Shown one piece after another: positions 30,159 to 40,230 of a stretch of 64,000 nt of DNA (within the stretch, counting starts at the first letter, position 1; each line of letters begins with the position of its first letter). A program made the translations under genes and the position numbers. The notes under the pieces are model-generated. The model saw only the letters and a list, made by a program, of their open reading frames with translations. It searched no databases and was not told the DNA's origin. The stretch is from the sequence record DRR378314_799; one strand, 5' to 3'.

Positions 30159-31055
30159 ATGGCGACACAGCATTGGCTACAGCAGAGTAAAGAATTCGTT
30201 TTACGATTTGCAGTTTCCAGCCCTTTTCCTGCCAGTTGGTTTTACGATGTCCCCCAGTCTACAGAAATTGATGATATAACCAGTCCCCCAGAGCATATCG
30301 AAATAGTCAGTCATTGCTGGAACTACTCGCATTTATTCGTGTACCAGTTGAAGTCGTTGGTTGACCACGCACCCAAAGACTTTAAAGTGACCATAACCGG
30401 CTTCTACTGCCCTGAAGACAAAGACACCGTTGCTTTAATTGAAGAATATTCCAGTAAGAAAATTGATAATATTGAGTGGAACTTTGTTGCGCTTAACAAG
30501 AACGATTTAATGCGACGCGCTATTGGCCGTAATAAAGCCGCTAAAGAAACCAAAGCTGACTGGATATGGTTTACCGATTGCGATTTGATGTTTGGCGAAA
30601 ATACCTTTCCTAGTTTGAAAGAGGCACTCAGTAATGAGTCCTGTATTCTGGTGTTCCCTGAAAAAGTGGCGCGTACTGCGTTACTGAGCAAAGAGCACGA
30701 TGTTCTGTGTAACGGCAGTGAAATTTCGGCTGATGAATGCCTGAAAAAAGCCGGTTATAACTACCACACCTTCAGCAAAGCAACGGGTCCCGTACAAATT
30801 ACTCACGGTGATACCGCTCGCCGTTATGGTTATTGTGAACAGACAAGTTGCTACCAGGAACCGAAAGACCATTGGGCGAAAGCCTATGAAGATCGCGCTT
30901 TTCGCTGGTTACTGGGCACGCACGGAAAGCCGCTGGATATTGAAGATGTATCCATTATCCGCCATGTAGAAAAAGGCCGTTACAGAAAAGACTCGGCCTT
31001 TTCCGAAATGCGCAAGGCCAACCGGCAGGCCAAGGACAAGTTACTGACCAAATAA
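30159..31055 (+). CDS. GT-A fold (family 2-like) glycosyltransferase
   Basis: RAIGRN.AA, DWIWFTDCD (DxD motif), ED..F; ATG at 30159 follows GGGG. Confidence 0.7.
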   Translation: MATQHWLQQSKEFVLRFAVSSPFPASWFYDVPQSTEIDDITSPPEHIEIVSHCWNYSHLFVYQLKSLVDHAPKDFKVTITGFYCPEDKDTVALIEEYSSKKIDNIEWNFVALNKNDLMRRAIGRNKAAKETKADWIWFTDCDLMFGENTFPSLKEALSNESCILVFPEKVARTALLSKEHDVLCNGSEISADECLKKAGYNYHTFSKATGPVQITHGDTARRYGYCEQTSCYQEPKDHWAKAYEDRAFRWLLGTHGKPLDIEDVSIIRHVEKGRYRKDSAFSEMRKANRQAKDKLLTK

Positions 31056-31145
31056 GCGCGTCGATAAGTTGCTCTATAACTAGTAAGATAATTCGCTATT
31101 GATTAGGATGAATGTCTTACAGTAACCCTACACGGAGAGCAGCGA

Positions 31146-34100
31146 GTGAGTGAATTGACCCCCGGCTTTATTGTCGCGCATGGACATCGGCTGGAAGACC
31201 TAACCGATGTGGCGGTTACATTCACCCAAAACTACCCGCTGGCGCCGCTGGAGCAGGAAACCGTACTGGTGCAAAGTAACGGCATTGCTCAGTGGCTGAA
31301 AATTAATTTAGCCCAGGCCAGTGGCATTGCCGCCATGATAGATGTCACGCTGCCGGCACGGTTTCAGTGGAAAGCATACAGAGCCGTGCTCGGTGATGAC
31401 ATACCCAAAACCTCTCCCTTTGATAAAGACCGCTTAACCTGGCGGTTAATGCGCTTATTACCCGAGCTTATTGAGCACAACCCGCACTTTGCACCGCTTA
31501 AGCACTATACCTCCGACGACAACGACGGCCGCAAGCTGTATCAGCTAAGCGGGCGATTGGCCGATTTGTTCGATCAGTACGCGGTGTATCGTGCCGACTG
31601 GCTGGACAACTGGGTGCGTGGTCAGGATGTACTGGAGCAGGAGCTGCCCGTTGAAGCCGAACAGTTGTGGCAGCCGGAATTGTGGCGCGCTGTTAGCAAC
31701 GACATTGGCATAGACGACTACTGGAATAACCGGGCCGAACTGCATCAGCGTTTTATTGATACGGCGCAGGCGTTAACTGAGCGTCCGGCAGGTTTGCCGC
31801 CACGGGTGGTGGTGTTTGGTATTTCCTCGCTGCCGCAGCAAATGCTGCAGGTGCTGGATGCCATTAAAGGCTATACCCAAATTCTGTTGTGTGTGCATAA
31901 CCCATCGCAGTACCACTGGGCAGATATTGTCGATGGTAAAGAAGCTTTGCGGCAGGCGGTAAAGGCTTCTTCCCGCTTAAAGCACAAGCCAGAACTGCCC
32001 GACGACCCGAACGACGACGAACTGCATCAGCTGGCGCATCCATTGCTGGCGTCCTGGGGTAAGCAGGGCCGCGACTACATTCGCCTGCTGGACTTATACG
32101 ACGAAACCCTGGCCAAACAGGAAGCGTTTAACACCATTAAACTGGAGCTGTTTGAGCCCCATAGCACGGATCATTTACTCGCCCAGCTGCAGGACGACAT
32201 TTTAAACCTGCGCCCAGTTCAGGAAACCCGCGAGCTTTGGCCTGTGCCGAAGACTACCGACAAGTCACTGCAGTTTCACGTTTGCCACAGTCCGCAGCGC
32301 GAGCTGGAAGTGCTGCACGACCAGCTACTGGATGCCTTTGCAAAAGATCCGGACTTAAAACCGCGCGACGTTATGGTGATGCTGCCTGATGTGAACACCT
32401 ACGCGCCTTATATTGACGCCGTATTTGGCAGATACCACAACCGTTTTGGTGAACGCGACTCGCGTGCCATTCCTTACACCATTGCTGACCAGGGTGAGCG
32501 TCATCAGCGGCCGTTAATGATAGCGCTGGAGCTATTACTGCAAGTTGATCAACTGCGCTTTACTCAGACCGATTTATTCAACTTACTGTCGGTACCGGCG
32601 GTGCAGCAACGCTTTGGTATTGGCGACGACGACCTGCCGCAGTTGAAGCGCTGGGTAAAAGAAGCCGGGGCACGTTGGGGGCTTAACGCCGAGCAGCGCG
32701 GGCAGTTTTATATGCCGGCAGCGGAAGAAACCAACAGCTGGTGGTTTGGCTTAAAGCGCATGATAGCCGGTTACGCCATGGGCGATTTGGCAGAAGTTGG
32801 TTTAGGAGATGACTCGCCCTGGGCCAATGTAGAACCTTATACCGAAGTGGCCGGGCTAAGCGCCGCATTAGTGGGTTGTCTGGCAGACGTGGTGCGCACG
32901 CTGGAACAATGGTGGCAGCGCGCGCAGGGTGAACACAGCTTACCGGAGTGGGTAACTCAGGGCGAGTGGCTGCTGGAACAGTTTTTCGAGGCCGAAGAAG
33001 ACAGTGACCGCTTACTGTTAGCCAAACTGAGTGACGAGCTGTATCAGCTGCGGGACATTTGCGTCGAGGCGGATAACGAATCCCAATTGCGCCTGCCCAT
33101 ATTTAAAGACGCCTGGTTAGAGCGTGTTGACCAGCAGAACCTGAACCAACGTTTTTTGGCGGGCGCGGTAAACTTTGCCACGCTAATGCCCATGCGGGCC
33201 ATTCCGTTTAAGTACGTGTGTGTGCTGGGCATGAACGAAAGTGATTACCCGCGTTCAACGCCGCGTGTCGATTTTGATTTAATGACCGACCGTTACCGCC
33301 CGGGCGACCGTTCCCGTCGTGACGATGACCGCTATTTGTTTCTGGAGGCCATGCTCTCAGCCCGCGACTGTTTTTACTTGAGCTGGGTAGGCTACAGCGC
33401 CAAAGACAATAGCGAGCGTACGCCGTCGGTGCTGGTGGCGCAATTGCGTGATCACCTGCAACAGGGTTGGGAAGTGGACATTAATAGCCTGACCGTTGAG
33501 CACAAATTACAGCCGTTTAACCCGTATTACTTTAACCAGGAAGACCCGGACTATTTTACCTATGCCAGTGAATGGGCGCAGGCGCATCGGGGGGCGGTGG
33601 CTTCTACAAGCCGCACGGCTTCGGGAACTTCGCCGGACGACGAGCTGGAACGCACCCTGAGCATTAATGATATTAAACGTTTTATTGAAGAGCCCGCCCG
33701 CCTGTACTTTAACTGGCGGCTGGATACTTACTTTAGCCGCAACAGCGAAGATCTGGACGACAGCGAAGCCTTTGTGATGGATAACCTGCAAAGCTGGTCA
33801 CTGACTACGCGTTTGGTAGATGCGGGAAAAAAAGCATTGCTGAATGGCGCTGGCATTGAAGCCTCTTTATTAAAAGAGCTGAACCGAATTAAACGCGAAG
33901 GGGCTTTGGGCATTGGTGCGATAGCCGAGCAAAATGGGTTTCTGTTGTTGGAGCAGTCGCAGGAGATACTGGAAACCTATCAGCAGAGCATTGCCGGTTA
34001 CTCGGGTGTGAATGAATTTCCTGTCGAGGTGTTTTTTGAGCACAGCGGGCTGACTATTGATGACACCCTAACCGGGCTGCATACCAATGAAAGCGGCGAG

Positions 34101-34613
34101 CGCCTATGGGTGGTCACCTCGGCCAGCAACATTGCGGCGAAAAATGGCAAGGGCATTAACAGCGGTGGCTGGAAGCATGCCAGCGCCTATTACCTTGGTC
34201 TGTTGCTGTTGAATTTACAAAAACCGACACGGCTTTTAATTGTATCCAAAGGTGGCTGCCAGCTGCAGGCGGCACCGGTGCCCGCTGAGCTTGCGGTGCA
34301 ACAACTGGAGCAAATACTGGATTTGGTAGCACTGTCAGCGCAGCAGCCGGAGCCTATGCATCTGGACGTAGCCATGACCTGGCTAAGCGCAATGGACAAG
34401 AATGACCAGGACGAAACGCTGGCGCATGAAGCCGCGCGACAGAAGTACGAAGAGGAAGGCTTTCAAGACCCGGCGCTGGTCACCAAAAGCGATTATTGCG
34501 GGCGCGTTGCCGAAAGCTACCAGGCCATTCAGGCATCACCACACTTCCGCCGCTTTATGGACGAACTCTATGACCCCATGCGCTTAACCCTGGTGCCGGA
34601 GGACAAATCATGA
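31146..34613 (+). CDS. recC: Exodeoxyribonuclease V gamma subunit
   Basis: VLVQSNGIAQWLK, LADLFDQY.VYR.DWL, HPLLASWGKQGRD, HSPQRELEVLHD, TLMPMRAIPF, DRYLFLEA. Confidence 0.97.
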   Translation: MSELTPGFIVAHGHRLEDLTDVAVTFTQNYPLAPLEQETVLVQSNGIAQWLKINLAQASGIAAMIDVTLPARFQWKAYRAVLGDDIPKTSPFDKDRLTWRLMRLLPELIEHNPHFAPLKHYTSDDNDGRKLYQLSGRLADLFDQYAVYRADWLDNWVRGQDVLEQELPVEAEQLWQPELWRAVSNDIGIDDYWNNRAELHQRFIDTAQALTERPAGLPPRVVVFGISSLPQQMLQVLDAIKGYTQILLCVHNPSQYHWADIVDGKEALRQAVKASSRLKHKPELPDDPNDDELHQLAHPLLASWGKQGRDYIRLLDLYDETLAKQEAFNTIKLELFEPHSTDHLLAQLQDDILNLRPVQETRELWPVPKTTDKSLQFHVCHSPQRELEVLHDQLLDAFAKDPDLKPRDVMVMLPDVNTYAPYIDAVFGRYHNRFGERDSRAIPYTIADQGERHQRPLMIALELLLQVDQLRFTQTDLFNLLSVPAVQQRFGIGDDDLPQLKRWVKEAGARWGLNAEQRGQFYMPAAEETNSWWFGLKRMIAGYAMGDLAEVGLGDDSPWANVEPYTEVAGLSAALVGCLADVVRTLEQWWQRAQGEHSLPEWVTQGEWLLEQFFEAEEDSDRLLLAKLSDELYQLRDICVEADNESQLRLPIFKDAWLERVDQQNLNQRFLAGAVNFATLMPMRAIPFKYVCVLGMNESDYPRSTPRVDFDLMTDRYRPGDRSRRDDDRYLFLEAMLSARDCFYLSWVGYSAKDNSERTPSVLVAQLRDHLQQGWEVDINSLTVEHKLQPFNPYYFNQEDPDYFTYASEWAQAHRGAVASTSRTASGTSPDDELERTLSINDIKRFIEEPARLYFNWRLDTYFSRNSEDLDDSEAFVMDNLQSWSLTTRLVDAGKKALLNGAGIEASLLKELNRIKREGALGIGAIAEQNGFLLLEQSQEILETYQQSIAGYSGVNEFPVEVFFEHSGLTIDDTLTGLHTNESGERLWVVTSASNIAAKNGKGINSGGWKHASAYYLGLLLLNLQKPTRLLIVSKGGCQLQAAPVPAELAVQQLEQILDLVALSAQQPEPMHLDVAMTWLSAMDKNDQDETLAHEAARQKYEEEGFQDPALVTKSDYCGRVAESYQAIQASPHFRRFMDELYDPMRLTLVPEDKS

Positions 34614-37600
34614 GTCAGTTACCGTCACATACCTCAGGGCATAAGTTAGAGAACCCGCTCGACTTTCCGCTGAACAGCAGCCGCTTAATTGAGGCCAGCG
34701 CCGGTACCGGTAAAACCTACACTATTGCAGCGCTTTATGTGCGTTTGGTTATTGGTCATGGCTCGCATAACGGTACGGAAGAAACTGCGTTTGAACGTGA
34801 ACTGGTGCCGAAAAACATTCTGGTCATGACCTTTACCAAAGCCGCCACCGAAGAGTTGAGTGATCGTATCCGCGCACGCTTAGCCGAAGCCGCAGCTTAC
34901 TTCCGTGATCCGGAAGCCGTAGAAGGTGACCCTTTCTTAGCCAGCCTGCGCGACGACTGTGCAGCGCAGGGGCAGAACCTGATGCACTTGGCGCGGCTGT
35001 TGGATTTAGCCTCGCAGTCGATGGACGAAGCGGCGGTGAAAACCATTCACGGCTGGTGCCAGTCCATGCTGAAAGAGCACGCCTTTGCCAGCGGCAGCTT
35101 GTTCAGTCAGGACGTTGAAACCGACAACGAAGAGCTGCGCCTGCAGGCCGCTGAAGATTATTTCCGACGCTTTATTTACCCGGCCGATGCCGAACTCAGC
35201 GCCCGGTTGCTGGAAGACTTTAAATCACCCGAAGCCTTGTTAGGGCTCACTTACAGCTTAAGCAAAAGCGGACGGGCGCCGATCAATGGGGACTTGCACA
35301 GCCTGCTGAAAGAAGCTGAAAGTGCGCATCAGCAGCGAGTGGCTGCTATAAAGCAGGAAGTTGCACCTATTGTGCAGGAAATGGTTGATAAAACCTCGCA
35401 AGCCAAGGGCGCGGCAACCAAACTCAAACAATTTCAGAAATTTGCGGACTGGTGCGGAGATCCTGACCTAGTTGAGCCCGAAGCCACCGCGGCTAACTGG
35501 AAAAACATCAGGACCGACGAGTTACAGACGTTCGCTGAGGCCAAACTCGGTGGTATGCCCGAAAGCTGGGCAGTTTTAGGTGAGCTGCAGGAGCGCATTA
35601 AGCGCAGCAAAGTACAGCAGCAGGAAGAGCTGGCTAAAGTAAAACAACACGCGGCTTTCTGGGTAAGTAGCCGCTTTGCCGAACTGCAAAACCAGCGTGC
35701 CGAAATGGGTCACGACGACATGCTGACGCGTTTACGTGACGCGTTGAAAGGCCCCAGCGGTGAAGCCTTAGCTGCCGCTATTCGTAAGCAGTATCCGGTG
35801 GCTATGGTGGACGAGTTTCAGGACACCGACCCGGTGCAGTACGAGATTTTTAACCGCATTTATAATCTGGCGGAGCCGCACCCTGGCACCGGAATTTTCT
35901 TAATTGGTGACCCTAAACAGGCCATTTACAGCTTCCGTAACGCCGATATTTACACCTATTTGAAAGCCCGGCGCGATACCGAAGGCCGGCATTATAATCT
36001 GGCGAGGAACTTCCGTTCGTCACAGGCCATGGTGGACGGCGTGAATGCTCTGTTTGAGCGTGCTGAAGAGCTGCCGCGCGGTGCGTTTCTGTTTAAAACC
36101 GAAGCAGAAAATCAACTGCCCTTTAACCCGGTAGGTGCAAACGGGCTAAAACGCACTTTCAAACATTGCCTGTTATCCAGCAATTTAAAAACTGCACCGG
36201 CGCTCTTGTGGTCAGTATCCGGCGAAGAAAAACGCAATAAAAATGACTTTTTCCGGGCTGCCGCGAACCATCAGGCTAACTTGATTGCCTCCCTGCTTAA
36301 TGACCCGCAGGCCGGGTATTACAACGGCGACGACAAGTTCGAACAGCGCGTAAAAACCAGTGACATTGCGGTGCTGGTAAACAACTTTAACGAAGCCAAC
36401 GCCATTAAAAAGGCGCTGAGCGACCGCGGACTGAAAAGCGTTTATTTGTCGGACAGAGAATCGGTATTTGCACAGCGCGTAGCGAAAGATTTGCTGGCGC
36501 TGGTGAGTGCCTGTGCCGAACCGCGCGATCCGTCACTGATACGCAGTGCTTTAGCCACGCAGTTGCTTGGTCTGCCGCTGAGTGAGCTGGAACATATTCA
36601 CAGCCACGAGCGCGAGTGGGAAGAGCGGGTAGAACAGTTTTTAAGTTACCACGACCAGTGGCAGCGACAGGGCGTACTGGCCATGTTGCACAGCCTGTTG
36701 CACGACCATCAGGTGCCGGCTAAGCTACTGGAAGACCGCATTCACGGTGAACGCCAGCTGTCCGACGTGCTGCACATTGCCGAGCTGCTGCAACAACAGA
36801 GTCTGGTACTGGACGGAATTCCGGCACTGGTGAATCATTTTGCCGAGCAGGTGAACGAACGCCACGGCTTTGGCAGCAACAGCCGCACCCAGAGTGACGA
36901 GCAGCAGCTGCGCTTGGAAAGCGACGACGAACTGATAAAAATCATCACCATTCATAAGTCAAAAGGCCTGCAGTACCCGCTGGTGTTTATGCCCTTTGTG
37001 GCGTACACCCAGGCGGAAGCCTACCGGATAAAACCGCCGGCGGTGTATCACGATGAAAACGGTGAGCTACAGGTATTGTGGTCAAAAGACGACGACAACA
37101 AACAGCGTTTGAGTAATGAGATCCTCGCCGAAGACTTACGTAAAATGTACGTGGCCGTTACCCGCGCGCAATACGCCACTTTTATTGCGCTGGAAGCGGT
37201 GAAAGAGCATCGCAATAACCCGCTGTTTTATTTGCTGAACGGCGGTGAGTCGTTAACCGATGAGCTGTACAACGAAGTTAGCGAGCGCTGGCAACGGGCG
37301 CCGCATACGCAGTTAACGCGACTGGAAGACGACGAACCTTTAGTCCGTGCGCTGGAGCAGGAACAAACAACGCCTAAACTCACACCGCGCAGCATGCCCG
37401 CAGACCGTAAGCTGGAGCGCTGGTGGGTAGCCAGTTACAGTGCGCTGAAGTACGAAGGTGCCGTGACAAAAAGCGTGCAGGCACCGCAGTCGCCCGACGA
37501 AATGAACCTGTTGGACGAGCGCGATGATGACGAAGCGGAAGTCGCCAGTGCCGCCGAGCCAAGCCCGGACAGTATTCATCATTTACCCAAAGGCGCGGGG

Positions 37601-38323
37601 CCGGGTACGTTTTTGCATAACTTGCTGGAAGAGTCCGCCAATATCGGCTTTGCGCAAATAGCAGGTGACGCTGCCGAGCGTACCGAGCTGGTAGAGGGCT
37701 TTTGTGTCAGCCCGTATTGGCAGGAACACCAAAACAGCCTGGGGCACTGGCTGGACGCCTATTTGCACAACCAATTCCCCATTAATGACAGTGGTGACCG
37801 CATTAGCTTAAGCGCTCTGGAACAATACAAAGCCGAGCCGGAATTTTGGTTTGGTGCCAGCGAGGTTAACGCACAAAGGCTGGATGCTCTGGTTCGTGAA
37901 CACATTCTGCCGGGGCACGAACGCCCTGCACTGGAACCTAATGTGCTGAACGGCATGCTAAAAGGCTTTATCGATTTAGTGTTTGAGCAAAACGGCAAAT
38001 ACTACGTGGCGGATTATAAGTCCAACTGGCTGGGCGAAGACGACCACGCATACACAGAGCAGGCCATGCGCGAGAAAATTCTGCACAGCCGTTACGACCT
38101 GCAATACGTCATTTACACCCTGGCTTTGCATCGCCTGTTAAAAGCGCGGCTAGGCAGTGACTACGACTATGACACTCACGTAGGTGGTGCCGTGTATCTG
38201 TTCTTGCGCGGGCACCGGGCGGAAACCGGCGGGGCATTTTGTGACCGGCCTGCAAGGGAACTGATAGAACAGTTGGACGCACTTTTTGCGGGTAAGAACC
38301 TTTCAGATAAGGAGCCGGTATGA
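34610..38323 (+). CDS. recB: Exodeoxyribonuclease V beta subunit
   Basis: IEASAGTGKT, VDEFQDTD, IGDPKQAIYSFR, TIHKSKGL, YVAVTRA, nuclease motif GFIDLVF...DYKSN. Confidence 0.97.
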   Translation: MSQLPSHTSGHKLENPLDFPLNSSRLIEASAGTGKTYTIAALYVRLVIGHGSHNGTEETAFERELVPKNILVMTFTKAATEELSDRIRARLAEAAAYFRDPEAVEGDPFLASLRDDCAAQGQNLMHLARLLDLASQSMDEAAVKTIHGWCQSMLKEHAFASGSLFSQDVETDNEELRLQAAEDYFRRFIYPADAELSARLLEDFKSPEALLGLTYSLSKSGRAPINGDLHSLLKEAESAHQQRVAAIKQEVAPIVQEMVDKTSQAKGAATKLKQFQKFADWCGDPDLVEPEATAANWKNIRTDELQTFAEAKLGGMPESWAVLGELQERIKRSKVQQQEELAKVKQHAAFWVSSRFAELQNQRAEMGHDDMLTRLRDALKGPSGEALAAAIRKQYPVAMVDEFQDTDPVQYEIFNRIYNLAEPHPGTGIFLIGDPKQAIYSFRNADIYTYLKARRDTEGRHYNLARNFRSSQAMVDGVNALFERAEELPRGAFLFKTEAENQLPFNPVGANGLKRTFKHCLLSSNLKTAPALLWSVSGEEKRNKNDFFRAAANHQANLIASLLNDPQAGYYNGDDKFEQRVKTSDIAVLVNNFNEANAIKKALSDRGLKSVYLSDRESVFAQRVAKDLLALVSACAEPRDPSLIRSALATQLLGLPLSELEHIHSHEREWEERVEQFLSYHDQWQRQGVLAMLHSLLHDHQVPAKLLEDRIHGERQLSDVLHIAELLQQQSLVLDGIPALVNHFAEQVNERHGFGSNSRTQSDEQQLRLESDDELIKIITIHKSKGLQYPLVFMPFVAYTQAEAYRIKPPAVYHDENGELQVLWSKDDDNKQRLSNEILAEDLRKMYVAVTRAQYATFIALEAVKEHRNNPLFYLLNGGESLTDELYNEVSERWQRAPHTQLTRLEDDEPLVRALEQEQTTPKLTPRSMPADRKLERWWVASYSALKYEGAVTKSVQAPQSPDEMNLLDERDDDEAEVASAAEPSPDSIHHLPKGAGPGTFLHNLLEESANIGFAQIAGDAAERTELVEGFCVSPYWQEHQNSLGHWLDAYLHNQFPINDSGDRISLSALEQYKAEPEFWFGASEVNAQRLDALVREHILPGHERPALEPNVLNGMLKGFIDLVFEQNGKYYVADYKSNWLGEDDHAYTEQAMREKILHSRYDLQYVIYTLALHRLLKARLGSDYDYDTHVGGAVYLFLRGHRAETGGAFCDRPARELIEQLDALFAGKNLSDKEPV

Positions 38324-40224
38324 CAGAAGTAACCTCAAACACCTTATTTGATGCCCTGCGTGAGTGGCGCGACGCCGGCTGGATACGGTCAATAGACCTG
38401 GCCTTTGTGGAGTTTTTGCAGCAAGCCGGCGAAACGCGCAGTGAGGTATTACTGGCCGCCCTGTGCGCCTCGCACGAAGCCGGCCGCGGGCATACCAGCA
38501 TTGACATAAAAGCTCTGCAGAATGAACCTGAAACTGTACTGAACTTACCACCCGAAAACCGCTATTCACCAAACTGCGATACTCCCAGCGAGTTGTTCCG
38601 TCAGTTTGGTGCCGATGTTGAAGCCGCATTAAGCCAAAGCCATTGCGTAGACACCGACGGAAAAGGCAATCAGCCATTGGTGTTTAGTGGCAGCAAACTG
38701 TATTTGCGTCGTTACTGGCAATACGAAGCCTTTATAGAGAGTGACTTACAGGCGCGCATGAGCGACCGGCCAGTAACGAATGACGACTTGCTGAAAAGCA
38801 CGCTGGCTAAGTTGTTTGCTCAAGCTGGGGATGAAAAGACGGACGACATTAACTGGCAGCGCGTGGCCTGCGCTAATACCGTGCGAAACCGCTTTAGCGT
38901 CATAACCGGAGGGCCCGGCACCGGTAAAACCTACACCGTGGTGCGCCTGTTAACTGCGTTGCAGCATCAGACCTTATTCCTGGGCTTGCCGCCGCTGCGC
39001 GTATCGCTGGCAGCACCTACCGGTAAGGCCGCCGCGCGACTGACCGAATCGATAGAAAGCGAGCTGAATAGGCTACGGGGTGATGCAAAGCTCGCCACCT
39101 TAAAAGACGCCTTAGACTCCATAAAGCCCGAAGGTAAAACCCTGCACCGACTGCTGGGCGTAAAGCCGAATTCGCGCGCCTTTAAACACCACGCCGACAA
39201 CCCACTGCGCACCGACGTTGTAATAGTCGACGAAGCCTCTATGATAGACATTGAAATGATGACCGCGCTGTTAAAAGCCACACCCAAAAATGCGCGGCTG
39301 GTGCTGATAGGTGATAAAGATCAGCTTGCCTCCGTAGAAGCCGGCGCCGTGCTGGGTAACTTGTGCGAAGGCGCTGATGAAGGCCATTACCACAACGACA
39401 CCGCTCAGTGGTTACAACAAGTAGCCGATACACCCACGTTCCCAGGCGACTTAATTCACGATAACGGCGAGCAACGCCTGCAACACGTCGTGAAATTCCG
39501 CAAAAGCTACCGCTTCACAGGCCCTATTGCCGATCTGGCTAACGCCATTAACCAACAAGACAACGCCGCAACAAAACAGGAACTCGAAAAAGCCAAAAAC
39601 GCTGATGAAGATTACCCCGTCAGCCTGTACGAAGTCAGCAGCTTAGACGACCCAGCCTTCGAAGCTTTGATTAAACGTAACCTGACCTCCGGTAGCCTGA
39701 CGTTCCACGTCAGGACCAATGCCAACAACATCAACGATATCGCCCAGGAAGCCCTGCAAAACCTAAGCAACTTCCAAATCCTGACCGCCCTGCGCGAAGG
39801 CCCCTGGGGCGTAAAAGCCGTTAACCAAAAAGTGGGCGATATACTCGGCGTAAACGCCAACACCTGGTACGAAGGCCGCCCCGTTATGGTCACCAAAAAC
39901 GACTATGGCCTGAAGCTGAACAACGGCGACATCGGCCTAACCTTCAAAGACCCAGAACACGGCCACCTGCGCGTCGCCTTTCCCGACCAGACCAACAAGT
40001 CTGAAAATAAAGGCGTGCGCTGGGTACTGCCCAGCCGCCTCACCCACATCGAAACCGTGTACGCCATGACGGTACATAAATCTCAGGGCTCCGAATTCAA
40101 ACACACCGTGATGGTTTTGCCTGATCACGATAGCCCGGTGCTAAGTAAAGAGCTGCTTTATACCGGAATTACCCGGGCTAAAGAGCGGTTGAGTTTGGTG
40201 GGACAAAGATTTGAAAAGCTTTAA
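38320..40224 (+). CDS. recD: Exodeoxyribonuclease V alpha subunit
   Basis: LYLRRYW.YE, TGGPGTGKT, APTGKAAARL, VDEASMID, GDKDQLASVEAG, AMTVHKSQGSEF, LLYTGITRAK. Confidence 0.97.
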   Translation: MTEVTSNTLFDALREWRDAGWIRSIDLAFVEFLQQAGETRSEVLLAALCASHEAGRGHTSIDIKALQNEPETVLNLPPENRYSPNCDTPSELFRQFGADVEAALSQSHCVDTDGKGNQPLVFSGSKLYLRRYWQYEAFIESDLQARMSDRPVTNDDLLKSTLAKLFAQAGDEKTDDINWQRVACANTVRNRFSVITGGPGTGKTYTVVRLLTALQHQTLFLGLPPLRVSLAAPTGKAAARLTESIESELNRLRGDAKLATLKDALDSIKPEGKTLHRLLGVKPNSRAFKHHADNPLRTDVVIVDEASMIDIEMMTALLKATPKNARLVLIGDKDQLASVEAGAVLGNLCEGADEGHYHNDTAQWLQQVADTPTFPGDLIHDNGEQRLQHVVKFRKSYRFTGPIADLANAINQQDNAATKQELEKAKNADEDYPVSLYEVSSLDDPAFEALIKRNLTSGSLTFHVRTNANNINDIAQEALQNLSNFQILTALREGPWGVKAVNQKVGDILGVNANTWYEGRPVMVTKNDYGLKLNNGDIGLTFKDPEHGHLRVAFPDQTNKSENKGVRWVLPSRLTHIETVYAMTVHKSQGSEFKHTVMVLPDHDSPVLSKELLYTGITRAKERLSLVGQRFEKL

Positions 40225-40230
40225 GCGTTT

